The notes under the pieces are model-generated. The model was given only the letters and a program-made list of their open reading frames with translations, did not search any database and was not told where the DNA came from. This document shows, in pieces, positions 38,071 through 46,849 of a DNA stretch of 64,000 nucleotides. The DNA is taken from the IMG/VR virus record IMGVR_UViG_3300012933_000135. One strand, given 5' to 3'. This DNA is from an uncultured virus (IMG/VR IMGVR_UViG_3300012933_000135). Taxonomy: Duplodnaviria > Heunggongvirae > Uroviricota > Caudoviricetes. Position 1 is the stretch's first letter; each line of letters opens with the position of its first letter. A program made the position numbers and the translations under genes.

Positions 38071-38145
38071 TGTATACCAAACTGCCTTGACACACAGGGC
38101 AGTTGAGTATATAATAAACACTTACACAAACAAGCGAGCGAGTAC

Positions 38146-39039
38146 ATGAACAAACCCCGAGTGATGACCCTAGACAACATGCCCAAAGCTAACAAGAAGC
38201 CAGGCAAGGCCACTACAGCAAGCCTGGAGCAAGAGCCAGTTAAGAAGATCCTTACAGAGACTGACGAAGAGATTATGGCTCGCTTGGCCATGCGCTTTGA
38301 CATTCTAGAAGACATGACCCGTGCTGTGAAGAAGGGCGATGTGCGTAGTATGATCGTCACAGGCCCTCCAGGTGTGGGCAAGAGCTTTGGTGTTGAGAAG
38401 GTACTCAGCAAGCACGATGTGTTCGCTGATGTAGCCAATGACAGTAAGCTGAAGAAGTACGAAGTAGTCAAGGGTGCAATGAGTGCGATTGGCTTGTACA
38501 AGAAGCTCTACGAGTTTGCAGACAAGAAGTGCATCCTAGTGTTCGATGACTGTGATAGTGTCTTGCTTGATGACCTTAGCCTTAACATCCTAAAGGCTGC
38601 GCTAGACTCGGGTAAGAAGCGTATGATCCATTGGAACACTGATAGCCGTAGCCTTAGCCAAGAGGGTGTGCCACAGAGCTTTGAGTTCCAGGGCGGTGCT
38701 ATCTTCATTACCAACATCAAGTTCGATCACGTGCGCTCTAAGAAGCTGCGCGATCACCTAGAAGCATTAGAGTCACGCTGCCACTACTTGGACTTGACTA
38801 TTGATACAGAGCGCGAGAAGCTCCTACGTATCAAGCAGGTAGTGCGTGATGCGGACATGCTGGCAGCATATGATATGCCCGATGAAGCTAAGACAGAAGT
38901 CGTACAGTTCATTATGGATAACTCAAAGCGTATGCGTGAGCTCAGCTTGCGTATGGTACTCAAGGTAGCAGACATTAGAGTCAGCATGCCAGAGCGCTGG
39001 AAGAGTGTAGTAGAGGTAACATGTATGCGCAATGCATAA
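38146..39039 (+). CDS. AAA+ family ATPase
   Basis: Walker A GPPGVGKS, Walker B LVFDDCD, FITN, AL.SR. Confidence 0.85.
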   Translation: MNKPRVMTLDNMPKANKKPGKATTASLEQEPVKKILTETDEEIMARLAMRFDILEDMTRAVKKGDVRSMIVTGPPGVGKSFGVEKVLSKHDVFADVANDSKLKKYEVVKGAMSAIGLYKKLYEFADKKCILVFDDCDSVLLDDLSLNILKAALDSGKKRMIHWNTDSRSLSQEGVPQSFEFQGGAIFITNIKFDHVRSKKLRDHLEALESRCHYLDLTIDTEREKLLRIKQVVRDADMLAAYDMPDEAKTEVVQFIMDNSKRMRELSLRMVLKVADIRVSMPERWKSVVEVTCMRNA

Positions 39040-39220
39040 GCCCTAGGGCTGTGCTGCGCTGTAGAGTGTAGTAAGGTAAGCAGCCGCAGAGCTGTAGCCC
39101 TACAGTGACTAGCCAACGATTCGCTCCCGGTAACTAGTCCCTAGGTTAGAAGGATGTCTAACCAACCATAAGTCCTAACCGTAAATCCGATTCGCTCCCG
39201 GTGGTTAGGACTTTTTTTTG
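39040..39220 (+). ncRNA. Candidate structured sRNA / 3'UTR-derived RNA with two identical anti-SD-like loops, ending in an intrinsic terminator
   Basis: CGATTCGCTCCCGGT at 39117-39131 and 39188-39202, enclosed by stems GACTAG/CTAGTC and AAGTCCTAACC/GGTTAGGACTT; T-run at 39212-39219. Confidence 0.65.
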
Positions 39221-39452
39221 ACTCGAGGCATCGTCGAGGTGACCAGGGGCATATGGTGGGGTCGGGGCATATAAATTATAATTGCACAATGCAAAACGCT
39301 AACACAATCAAATTTTTATCACTGTTTTAAAAAGGTCCATAGGTGCAGAATCACCAGGGTGAAGGCAAAAGTACTTCTCTATAAATTTTTGCGCGGCAAT
39401 TTTTTAAGGTACACAGGACCCATTTCGGGCTCCCCAATATGCTGTGGGGTTT

Positions 39453-40058
39453 TTACTGTGTGTTAAGGTTGAAGTAAAAGTTCCCCGCAACGCTAATACG
39501 TATGTCATCGCTGCTATAGAATGGGTTCACTGTGTGCTGCATCGTGCTAGGGAATAAACAAAGTCCGCCTTCCCAATCTTCATACGTGGGCAAATTCTGA
39601 GTTCTAATCTGTCCCAATGCGTCTGTATACAGTAGCGTAAACTGTCCTGCATAGTTGATATTTTCAGGAACGTAAGGACGTGCAGCGCACTCAGATGCTA
39701 ACGTGTAGGGCAGTTTTAACCAGATTACGAAACTCATAACTCCAGTGTGATTGTGCGTTGGGCTAAACTCGTGCTTGCTCATATAGTTTACCCATAGTTC
39801 ACTTAGCGTTAGGTTGCGCAAGTCATTAATAACTCTCAGCGTGTTTGGATAGTTATAAGCGTTGTTGTAGTCAACTATCTGTCTGTTTACTAAGAGCTCA
39901 ACGTGTGCTTTGGAAGCTGTCAACTCGCACTTATGATTAACTAACGGTGTATCTATTGTTAGCTCAAGTTGCTTTTGTTTGACTTCTGCCCATAAGGGCG
40001 CTAGCTCATCTTTAGTTAGTCTATGGAGCCAGTAGCCCGTGTTGGAAAAATTGTGCAT
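39453..40058 (-). CDS. Putative 2OG-Fe(II) oxygenase (TIGR02466-like)
   Basis: WVN...P.HNH.G..SFV.W...LFPS...H.V.PF...RISVAGN. Confidence 0.8.
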   Translation of the reverse strand: MHNFSNTGYWLHRLTKDELAPLWAEVKQKQLELTIDTPLVNHKCELTASKAHVELLVNRQIVDYNNAYNYPNTLRVINDLRNLTLSELWVNYMSKHEFSPTHNHTGVMSFVIWLKLPYTLASECAARPYVPENINYAGQFTLLYTDALGQIRTQNLPTYEDWEGGLCLFPSTMQHTVNPFYSSDDIRISVAGNFYFNLNTQ

Positions 40059-40085
40059 ATACTAATTAGCAGGATAAGTATGTGT

Positions 40086-40268
40086 ATGGAACAATATAGA
40101 ACTAAGGCCACACGCACAGTGGCTAATACTTTGCCCGTTAACGCTACACCGCATGAACGTATGTTAGAGCAGCGTGTGCAAGAATTAACAGCCCTGGTTG
40201 AGCGTCAGGGGCGTGCTATACGCAGGCTGCAAAACAGTGCGGGTGTAGTTAAGCCTAGTGGCGATTAA
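40086..40268 (+). CDS. Small coiled-coil protein
   Basis: TAAGTA late-type motif upstream of MEQY. Confidence 0.45.
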   Translation: MEQYRTKATRTVANTLPVNATPHERMLEQRVQELTALVERQGRAIRRLQNSAGVVKPSGD

Positions 40269-40341
40269 CTGCGTAGATAACTAGTAGGAAAATCTTTTTA
40301 CCGTTTTTGCTGCGCTGCTGCTTCGCAGCACTTAGCCTTAG

Positions 40342-40791
40342 TTAATCTACGCTCTTCTGATAGTATTGGTAATTGACACTGTGCTCGTTCTTGCGGCGAA
40401 CTACTGCGCCATTGTTTAGATGGAATCGTTCGGCCATTCTAGTCTGGGGACTTAGCGTTACAATAGCTTTGATTTCCGGGTGCGCTTGCAACAACCAATT
40501 GGCCGCTGCTTTTAACAGTCTAGCTCCTGCGCCGGGACTGTAGCTCCAAATGGTATAGAACACTGCCACATCTTTGGTGCGCACAAAGTCGATCAAATCT
40601 TGTTCGCTTTCCGGAACTTCACATAACCATTGCAAGCAAGTAGCAGCCAGAATCTCATCCCCAGTTTTTAGAATCAGAATTTCTGCTGCATCGTTGATGC
40701 GCTGTTCAAGCGGGATGTGTGGACGTACAGGATCGTCTTTGACCACATGTGTCAAAGGATCGTCTAGGGTGCGTAAGTGGTACAGTTCCAT
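40342..40791 (-). CDS. Hypothetical protein, GNAT-like
   Basis: DDPVRP...AVFYTIWSY..GAG..L...TLSP.T.MA..FH..NG. Confidence 0.55.
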   Translation of the reverse strand: MELYHLRTLDDPLTHVVKDDPVRPHIPLEQRINDAAEILILKTGDEILAATCLQWLCEVPESEQDLIDFVRTKDVAVFYTIWSYSPGAGARLLKAAANWLLQAHPEIKAIVTLSPQTRMAERFHLNNGAVVRRKNEHSVNYQYYQKSVD

Positions 40792-40858
40792 GATTGTTCT
40801 ATTATATACGTACTTATCACAAATGCCTAATTTAACGGCTAAACTGATTAAATATGCC

Positions 40859-41413
40859 ATGAGCTTAATTTTTGTTCCAGTAGATTTAGATTTAAAGGGC
40901 ACAGTACCCGTGATTCAACAACACGCTCCTGATCATTGGGGATGGTGGGACAACGAGATGCTGCTCAACTCAGATGGCACATGGCGTGAAGATCTACCAG
41001 CGGACTTCAATTGGCTCAAGGAAGTTATTGAGCAGTTGCCCTTTGTCAGCTTACAAATGATCAGGGTCAGCAGTCAATTTAAGGCTGTTCCCCCGCATAA
41101 GGATGTATATCCTGAGCAGGTCACTGAACGTACCTATAGAGCCCTGGTTAAAAATGAGCCCTGCGGTTATCGAATGGTTCTTAGGGGTAGGGCCGATGCT
41201 ATCCAGGTAAATACTCGAAAGGGATGGGTTACATGCCCTGTTCCCCAAGTTCCGTGTGTTTATCTAGCTGATACCACGGGTACTGAACATCGTGTACTAG
41301 ATGATCCCGATCGTGTGATTGTCTACATACGTGGTGTTGTTGACCCGGTGCCGCATAAAGAATTAATGGAACGAAGCTTGGATCGCTGGGGCGATTGGGC
41401 TGTATTTAATTAG
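40859..41413 (+). CDS. Putative 2OG-Fe(II)/Asp-hydroxylase-like oxygenase
   Basis: PPHKD...EH.V...R; start MSLIF. Confidence 0.55.
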   Translation: MSLIFVPVDLDLKGTVPVIQQHAPDHWGWWDNEMLLNSDGTWREDLPADFNWLKEVIEQLPFVSLQMIRVSSQFKAVPPHKDVYPEQVTERTYRALVKNEPCGYRMVLRGRADAIQVNTRKGWVTCPVPQVPCVYLADTTGTEHRVLDDPDRVIVYIRGVVDPVPHKELMERSLDRWGDWAVFN

Positions 41414-41426
41414 GATAAATATTATC

Positions 41427-42152
41427 ATGGCTGAACATAACACTTTTAAACTTGACCCTGTCAATGCAATTCCCTACTACTACACCAAGAGTAGCGATCC
41501 AATCATTGAAGTAGGTCCCACACCCGAGACTCCTGCGCTAGTTGAATTTGCGCTGACCAACAAGAACCCATTGAACATTGCTGTTCCAATGATGAGCTTG
41601 GCCAGCATGAAGCAGACTACACTACCATCTAGTATCTATCATTGGCCGATGCCATTCTGCTTCAGCTTGCCCAAGTACGAAGCGGGTGCTGAAGAAGGTG
41701 TAACTCAGTGGCGTATTGCCAAAGAATTCTGGGCTGCTGTTAATCAATTAAAGGTAGGCTTTAATGTATTTTCTGCAAGTTTATTCTTGATCCCACCTGG
41801 TGGCCGTACTCCACGTCTTCCGGACAATCCAGGTGGCCCTGGTAGTAAGCGTTGGTTTGCAGGTGGTAGTTATAGAGTCTTAGTTCCGTTGTCAGTAGGT
41901 GAAGGCGCCAAGTTTGTCTACGGTCCCGAAACAACTACTCCACAGGCTAACATTGCCTATGAAGTCAACAACCTATTGATTCATCAAGTAATCAACGACA
42001 GCGCAGAAGATCTTATCTACGTTGAAATTGATCTAGCACCGTGGGACAAACTAGAAGAACTGGAAAGCCGTATATTGCTTGATCCAGTTCTTAAAGAGTT
42101 ACATATAACTAATGCCGCAGGTTACCCTGCACACACTACAGCATTTTTATAA
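41427..42152 (+). CDS. Asp/Asn beta-hydroxylase-like (double-stranded beta-helix) protein, possibly degenerate
   Basis: L.PGG..P...R.LVPL...YEVNN...H.V.N...DL; first metal-ligand His absent. Confidence 0.5.
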   Translation: MAEHNTFKLDPVNAIPYYYTKSSDPIIEVGPTPETPALVEFALTNKNPLNIAVPMMSLASMKQTTLPSSIYHWPMPFCFSLPKYEAGAEEGVTQWRIAKEFWAAVNQLKVGFNVFSASLFLIPPGGRTPRLPDNPGGPGSKRWFAGGSYRVLVPLSVGEGAKFVYGPETTTPQANIAYEVNNLLIHQVINDSAEDLIYVEIDLAPWDKLEELESRILLDPVLKELHITNAAGYPAHTTAFL

Positions 42153-43574
42153 TTCACTGTTATCTAGGTTACCCAATAACTGGCGCAATTTCGATGATTC
42201 GACTTGCGCCGTTATTTTTGGCACTGCTGCCCCACTTGTAGGATCATCTGTACGTGCTATCTGAGTGCGTTGCTTGATGCTATCTATCAGTGCATTAGTT
42301 GAACTCTTGCCCGCACTAGCACCATACCCGCCTTGTTCTGATTCCTCTAGGTCACTGATACGCAAGCTGTCAATGTTAAAGTCCAGTTCAATTTTCATAC
42401 CAACACCGCTTGAACTACGTGTCTTCATCAACTGGATTTGATAGCGTCCATGTTCACGCATTGCACGACTAGTAAAGATACCGAACACGTTATCCGCTGT
42501 TTGAATCTTTGACAAACCACCCGAGATATGACTGTGATCGAATTCAACTTCTTCCACAGCTCCACGGTTCAACTGTGCAGCCGTTACAAAGATACAGTTC
42601 TTTTCCACAGCTAGGTTACGCAATTCTTCACTCACGTACTTGTCCTTAATAAACAAGTCAGCTGGGCTAATCTTCTTTGAGATAGGCATCAACAAGTCCA
42701 AGTAATCGACTAGCAGCACATCTACCTTACGTCCCATCTTAATTTCATACTCTTTCAAGTAGCTTCGAATGTCGTTAGCTGTCTTGCCGCTGGGCATATA
42801 TTTGACTTGGAATTGACCGCTTTTCTTACCGATCATCTTAACTTTCATTTCCACGTCATCTAGGTTTTTAAACACATCTCTGGTCGGAATACCAGTCAGC
42901 ATTGAGTCTACACGCATGGAAACTAGCTCTTCTGAAAGCTCTAATGTCAAATAGACCACATTAAGTCCCATCAGTGCCCAGTTACACCCTAAGTTGGCTA
43001 AAAAGAGACTTTTACCGCCACCTGAACTAGCTGCAAAGATATTCAGCTCTCCGCGGTTCATACCCCCGAATAACTTGTCATCGACTGACTTCCAACCTGT
43101 GCTCAACTGTCCGTTCTTATCTTTAATCTTCATCAAACGAGCACGTGGATCTAAGAAGTAGTCAGTACCCATGTCTTTAGTAAGACCAACCTGCACTGCT
43201 TTCTTAATCATATCCTCTACTGGACCGTACTCACCTTTTTCAAGCAAGTCAGCTGATTCAAGAATAGCTTTTTCCAAGCCCTTGTGTCTAATAAATGTTT
43301 CAAAGTCGTTGAGCAACCAATCAAAGTGTTCTTCACGTAGATCAGGTGCAACCTTAAATGCACTGCTGGTTGCTGCATTGATAATGTCAATAGTGGGCAT
43401 GACATTATGTTCTTTAACATATTCGTTTAAAAACTCTGCGGGCGCTTGCAGTTTTCGATCAAATAATGTGTGATCAAAAATACTTTGGCAGCGAACAAAT
43501 GTTGCTGCATCTGCTAACATCATTTCGATGTATAGCTTTTGAATATCGTAACCGTAGTCTGTGTTCTGTTTCAT
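42147..43574 (-). CDS. Replicative DNA helicase (T4 gp41/DnaB-like)
   Basis: GG..RGEL...A.SGGGKS, LELSE, VDYLDL, AQLNR, K.QTAD. Confidence 0.93.
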   Translation of the reverse strand: MKQNTDYGYDIQKLYIEMMLADAATFVRCQSIFDHTLFDRKLQAPAEFLNEYVKEHNVMPTIDIINAATSSAFKVAPDLREEHFDWLLNDFETFIRHKGLEKAILESADLLEKGEYGPVEDMIKKAVQVGLTKDMGTDYFLDPRARLMKIKDKNGQLSTGWKSVDDKLFGGMNRGELNIFAASSGGGKSLFLANLGCNWALMGLNVVYLTLELSEELVSMRVDSMLTGIPTRDVFKNLDDVEMKVKMIGKKSGQFQVKYMPSGKTANDIRSYLKEYEIKMGRKVDVLLVDYLDLLMPISKKISPADLFIKDKYVSEELRNLAVEKNCIFVTAAQLNRGAVEEVEFDHSHISGGLSKIQTADNVFGIFTSRAMREHGRYQIQLMKTRSSSGVGMKIELDFNIDSLRISDLEESEQGGYGASAGKSSTNALIDSIKQRTQIARTDDPTSGAAVPKITAQVESSKLRQLLGNLDNSEL

Positions 43575-43592
43575 CTTTTAATTATACGCTCT

Positions 43593-44549
43593 TTATACTT
43601 TAATATCAATATGTTTGACAGGTCCCCATTCGCGCCAGACTCTATGTTTAGTATGGTATGCTACTGCACCGATACTACTGCTAGCATCACCTGGGTTAGG
43701 CAATGACCAACGATGTTTGAACATCGGCTCGACTATGTTCTTATTGGCCGCACTGTTCATTGCACACCCGCCCATATAGACAATGCAATCGGAACCTGTC
43801 AGCTCTCTTGCTGTCTTCATTATCTTATATACTTGTTCTTCGAATACCTGTTGCACTGCGGCTGCTAGGTCGCACTGCTCTTGTAGATTAAGCAACTCGT
43901 TATTGTCCCAGTGCAGGACACCTCTGTGGAAGTTGGTGTTTAAATTCAATACCTTGCCGGCTTCAAAATATTTTCTAACATGGTGAAGGAATCGGCCTGG
44001 CGTTCCGTGCTCTGCCATTTGTTGTAACAAGTGCTCATCTCTAATAGGCGTCAGTCCAACAAATTGTGTGAAGGCACTATAGAACAAGCCTAGGCTATGT
44101 GGATAACTTCTGCTCCACACTTTCTTCATTTCACCGTGAACACAATTCCAAATTGAAGCACATTCAAACTCGCCTATTGCATCGAGTACCACAACAGCAC
44201 AGTGATTAAAAGGACTGGTATAGTAGCCTGCGGCTGCATGGCTAGCATGATGCGGCGTATAAGTGATTGGCGCATATCCTAATCCCCATTGTTTAAGTTT
44301 ACGACTTGGTAAGTTGTCTAATCTAAATGCAGTGTCAAATTGTCCTGCACGAATTTGTCTTGCCTTCTTCATCCACGGATTTTCGTACCAATAGATCCTG
44401 TCAGGTGGTCCTTGGTGATCTAGATTTAATTTAAACTGTTCAGGTGTTAAATTATCACTAGTTGATACAAAGCCATCGATATACTCGCCATCCCTAAACA
44501 CAGACAGGCTAGACCCGTGATTAAGAGCGTTTATTCCCCACTGTATCAT
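43593..44549 (-). CDS. Carbamoyltransferase (NodU/CmcH family) N-terminal Kae1-like domain only
   Basis: HHASHAAAGYYTS, DAIGE, SLGLFYSAFT, GGCAMN, GDASS.IGA; 318 aa. Confidence 0.8.
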   Translation of the reverse strand: MIQWGINALNHGSSLSVFRDGEYIDGFVSTSDNLTPEQFKLNLDHQGPPDRIYWYENPWMKKARQIRAGQFDTAFRLDNLPSRKLKQWGLGYAPITYTPHHASHAAAGYYTSPFNHCAVVVLDAIGEFECASIWNCVHGEMKKVWSRSYPHSLGLFYSAFTQFVGLTPIRDEHLLQQMAEHGTPGRFLHHVRKYFEAGKVLNLNTNFHRGVLHWDNNELLNLQEQCDLAAAVQQVFEEQVYKIMKTARELTGSDCIVYMGGCAMNSAANKNIVEPMFKHRWSLPNPGDASSSIGAVAYHTKHRVWREWGPVKHIDIKV

Positions 44550-44659
44550 TTGTAGATAAATGGATCACGTTTACGCAATTCAGCCATGCGTTTCTTAAAT
44601 GCTCTATGTTCCTTATACCAGCGGAACGGATTTTTTAAAAAATTTAAAAACTCACTCAT
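44546..44659 (-). CDS. 37-aa peptide ending DPFIYK, coupled to the carbamoyltransferase gene
   Basis: Hand-translated MSEFLNFLKNPFRWYKEHRAFKKRMAELRKRDPFIYK; ATGA overlap. Confidence 0.6.
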   Translation of the reverse strand: MSEFLNFLKNPFRWYKEHRAFKKRMAELRKRDPFIYK

Positions 44660-45632
44660 CGTTATTTTCCTTTGGAAACCATTTCTTTGCTCTTAATTGA
44701 ATTTTAAGAGAGTTTGATTCTTTTGCTTGCATGATTAGCCACAATGTAGTTAGTCGGCCCAGCTTGCATACTGCATCGTTAACGTCTTTAACACCTTCGG
44801 GCCAGTCTGGCATACTAACGCTCCACCCGAACTCAATTGCTTGCTCCACAGTCTTAGGACCCTCGTGGTCTCTATCTGGAACTAGGATAATTTCTTTGCC
44901 TAATTGTTTAAGCAACCAGTTCTGACTGTCTTTAATTTCTGCACCCATCAACGCACATGCATCAATACTTATTGCATCTATTGGGCCTTCAAGAGCAATA
45001 ACGAACTCGCGGTCTGGTGTTTGTCTATCTAAATTAAACACATATCCCGGCTGTTGTTCCGATATATATTTGGGTTTACCGTCACCTATGGCTCGAGCTG
45101 TGTATCCAACAATGACGTTGTCTTTGAGGAACGGTATAATGACTCTATTGCTAAACCCTAATTTTGGCGTCCAATAAAACGGATAATCGTCCAAGCAAAG
45201 ATTTCTATTTGCTAGGTATTCCAGGACAGGAACTAACTTAACCGGGATATGGTCTAATAAACTCGTAATAGGTTCAGACTCTGGGGGTAATGCTCGTACT
45301 TCAAATTTAGGAACAATACTTTGCACTACTGCATCTGAAGTTCCATTAAGTCTAAGTGCTTCGAGACGAAGCTGTGATATAATCGAATCACTTATGTTGA
45401 GCAAGCGCATTAGCTTGTTCATTTTCTGGCTAATAGTTCTGCCAGGTTGCCAACTTGCTTTGAATTGACAATTGAAACAATGGTAACTTACTGCATCGCC
45501 ACCGTTAACAATAAAGCCGCCACGCTGGCGTTTATCTCCGCAACATGGTGCATTAAATCCAATCCATCCAGACGGAGTATGTTTACGCTTTGCAGGTAAG
45601 TGTGCTAGTAAAGTATCTGATAATAGGCCCAT
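44652..45632 (-). CDS. DNA primase (Zn finger + TOPRIM; gp61-like)
   Basis: PCC...HCFNC, IIPF...GYTAR, EGPIDA, D.D..G, KDVND. Confidence 0.88.
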   Translation of the reverse strand: MGLLSDTLLAHLPAKRKHTPSGWIGFNAPCCGDKRQRGGFIVNGGDAVSYHCFNCQFKASWQPGRTISQKMNKLMRLLNISDSIISQLRLEALRLNGTSDAVVQSIVPKFEVRALPPESEPITSLLDHIPVKLVPVLEYLANRNLCLDDYPFYWTPKLGFSNRVIIPFLKDNVIVGYTARAIGDGKPKYISEQQPGYVFNLDRQTPDREFVIALEGPIDAISIDACALMGAEIKDSQNWLLKQLGKEIILVPDRDHEGPKTVEQAIEFGWSVSMPDWPEGVKDVNDAVCKLGRLTTLWLIMQAKESNSLKIQLRAKKWFPKENNDE

Positions 45633-45645
45633 ATAGCCTATTATA

Positions 45646-46449
45646 CTATAATACTATTACTTTGTCTACGGTTCCGGTAGGATTAGTTGGGCTGTCGCCT
45701 TGGAAACTTACTCTAAAATATTTGTATTCGCCGACTGCAATATCTGTCCATTCTAGAGCAAGGCTGTTGCCCGCCGTATATGTACGTGACGCTAACTTCG
45801 GTGCATGTAAAAATGACTCAGAAGATATAGTACTATGTGTAGTTGCCTGTAGCCAAACTTCACCGATAAAGTTAGTCATGTTAATAGTGAATGACAGTAA
45901 CTCAGTTGGGACAGCTTCGTAGAATGTAGCAGGGATAGCACTGAAGTGGTTTACAACATTACCAAGTGCGTCAATTTCACCGGTAAAGGTTTTATATTCT
46001 TTTGCATTACGAATTACAGGTAATGCACTTTTTACCAATTCCATTTTACCAATTGCGCCAAACTTAGAGTCTGCGTATAGCATTACGTCTGCAAAATCTT
46101 TTATTGCAGTAACGCTATATTGAAGATATTGACTATCTAAAAATTCTAAATCGTCTGCAGGAATAACCACGGTTGCAATTCCTTTGATATCGGTTGCAGA
46201 AACAGAGTAAGGACTGCTTGGTAATGCATACCCCATCGCATCCATAACATGCAACTCAATCTGAGTTAAGTCTGTTAAGTCGATACGTTTTTGATCGGCA
46301 TTTTTAATGTCGAACTCAATGGTGTTATCAATTCCATTATAAATTTTTACAGTTCTTTGATACACGTTTGTATACTCCGTAGTGAATCCTGCCAAATCAG
46401 CTAATAGCTGAACTCTATTTGGATATAAATATGTTGAGATTTTTTGCAT
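45646..46449 (-). CDS. Conserved hypothetical protein (possibly structural)
   Basis: ORF track; KIYNGIDN.I.F...NADQK. Confidence 0.55.
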   Translation of the reverse strand: MQKISTYLYPNRVQLLADLAGFTTEYTNVYQRTVKIYNGIDNTIEFDIKNADQKRIDLTDLTQIELHVMDAMGYALPSSPYSVSATDIKGIATVVIPADDLEFLDSQYLQYSVTAIKDFADVMLYADSKFGAIGKMELVKSALPVIRNAKEYKTFTGEIDALGNVVNHFSAIPATFYEAVPTELLSFTINMTNFIGEVWLQATTHSTISSESFLHAPKLASRTYTAGNSLALEWTDIAVGEYKYFRVSFQGDSPTNPTGTVDKVIVL

Positions 46450-46474
46450 GGACGGCAGGACCTTTTATATATTT

Positions 46475-46849
46475 ATGGCAAAACTAAGAGATAACATCGA
46501 AGACAAATTACCCTTTATCAGCGTTATAAACTACGGTGAAGAGGAGTTTGTCGGCATTATAATTAATCAGGACCAGTTTGTTACTAGCTTTTACGATCTT
46601 AACGCTATTAAAACACCGGAAGAAAAAGCAATCTTTTTAGAAATAGGTGAAACTTGGTGGTGGGAATCAAACCGACAATTCCCAATCAATATCTTTTGTA
46701 GAGTACAGATTCATCCATTCCAGTATGCAATCAAAACATTCAATAGTAAAGATGTGCGTATTGTATTAGGACCAGTAGTGAACTTGATGAATTTAACACT
46801 TAAGAGAGTTAAACGAAAATCAGTTCAACTAGTCAGACGTAGTAAATAA
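46475..46849 (+). CDS. Conserved hypothetical protein
   Basis: PF.S...Y...E.VGII.N...WWWESNR..PINIF. Confidence 0.6.
   Translation: MAKLRDNIEDKLPFISVINYGEEEFVGIIINQDQFVTSFYDLNAIKTPEEKAIFLEIGETWWWESNRQFPINIFCRVQIHPFQYAIKTFNSKDVRIVLGPVVNLMNLTLKRVKRKSVQLVRRSK

Larger units (their letters stand above)
26794..38115 (+). promoter_or_regulatory. Array of 21 near-consensus sigma70 early promoters
   Basis: TTGAC[A/G/T]-N17-TA[T/C]AAT with -35 starting at 26794, 28720, 28940, 29299, 30305, 30851, 31188, 31539, 31926, 32148, 32755, 33646, 34058, 34495, 35518, 35877, 36242, 36720, 37164, 37634, 38087. Confidence 0.92.

Noticed and set aside
39117..39202. Two-repeat CRISPR-like unit
   Set aside because: Only two 15-nt copies, located in loops of different stems; better explained as a structured RNA
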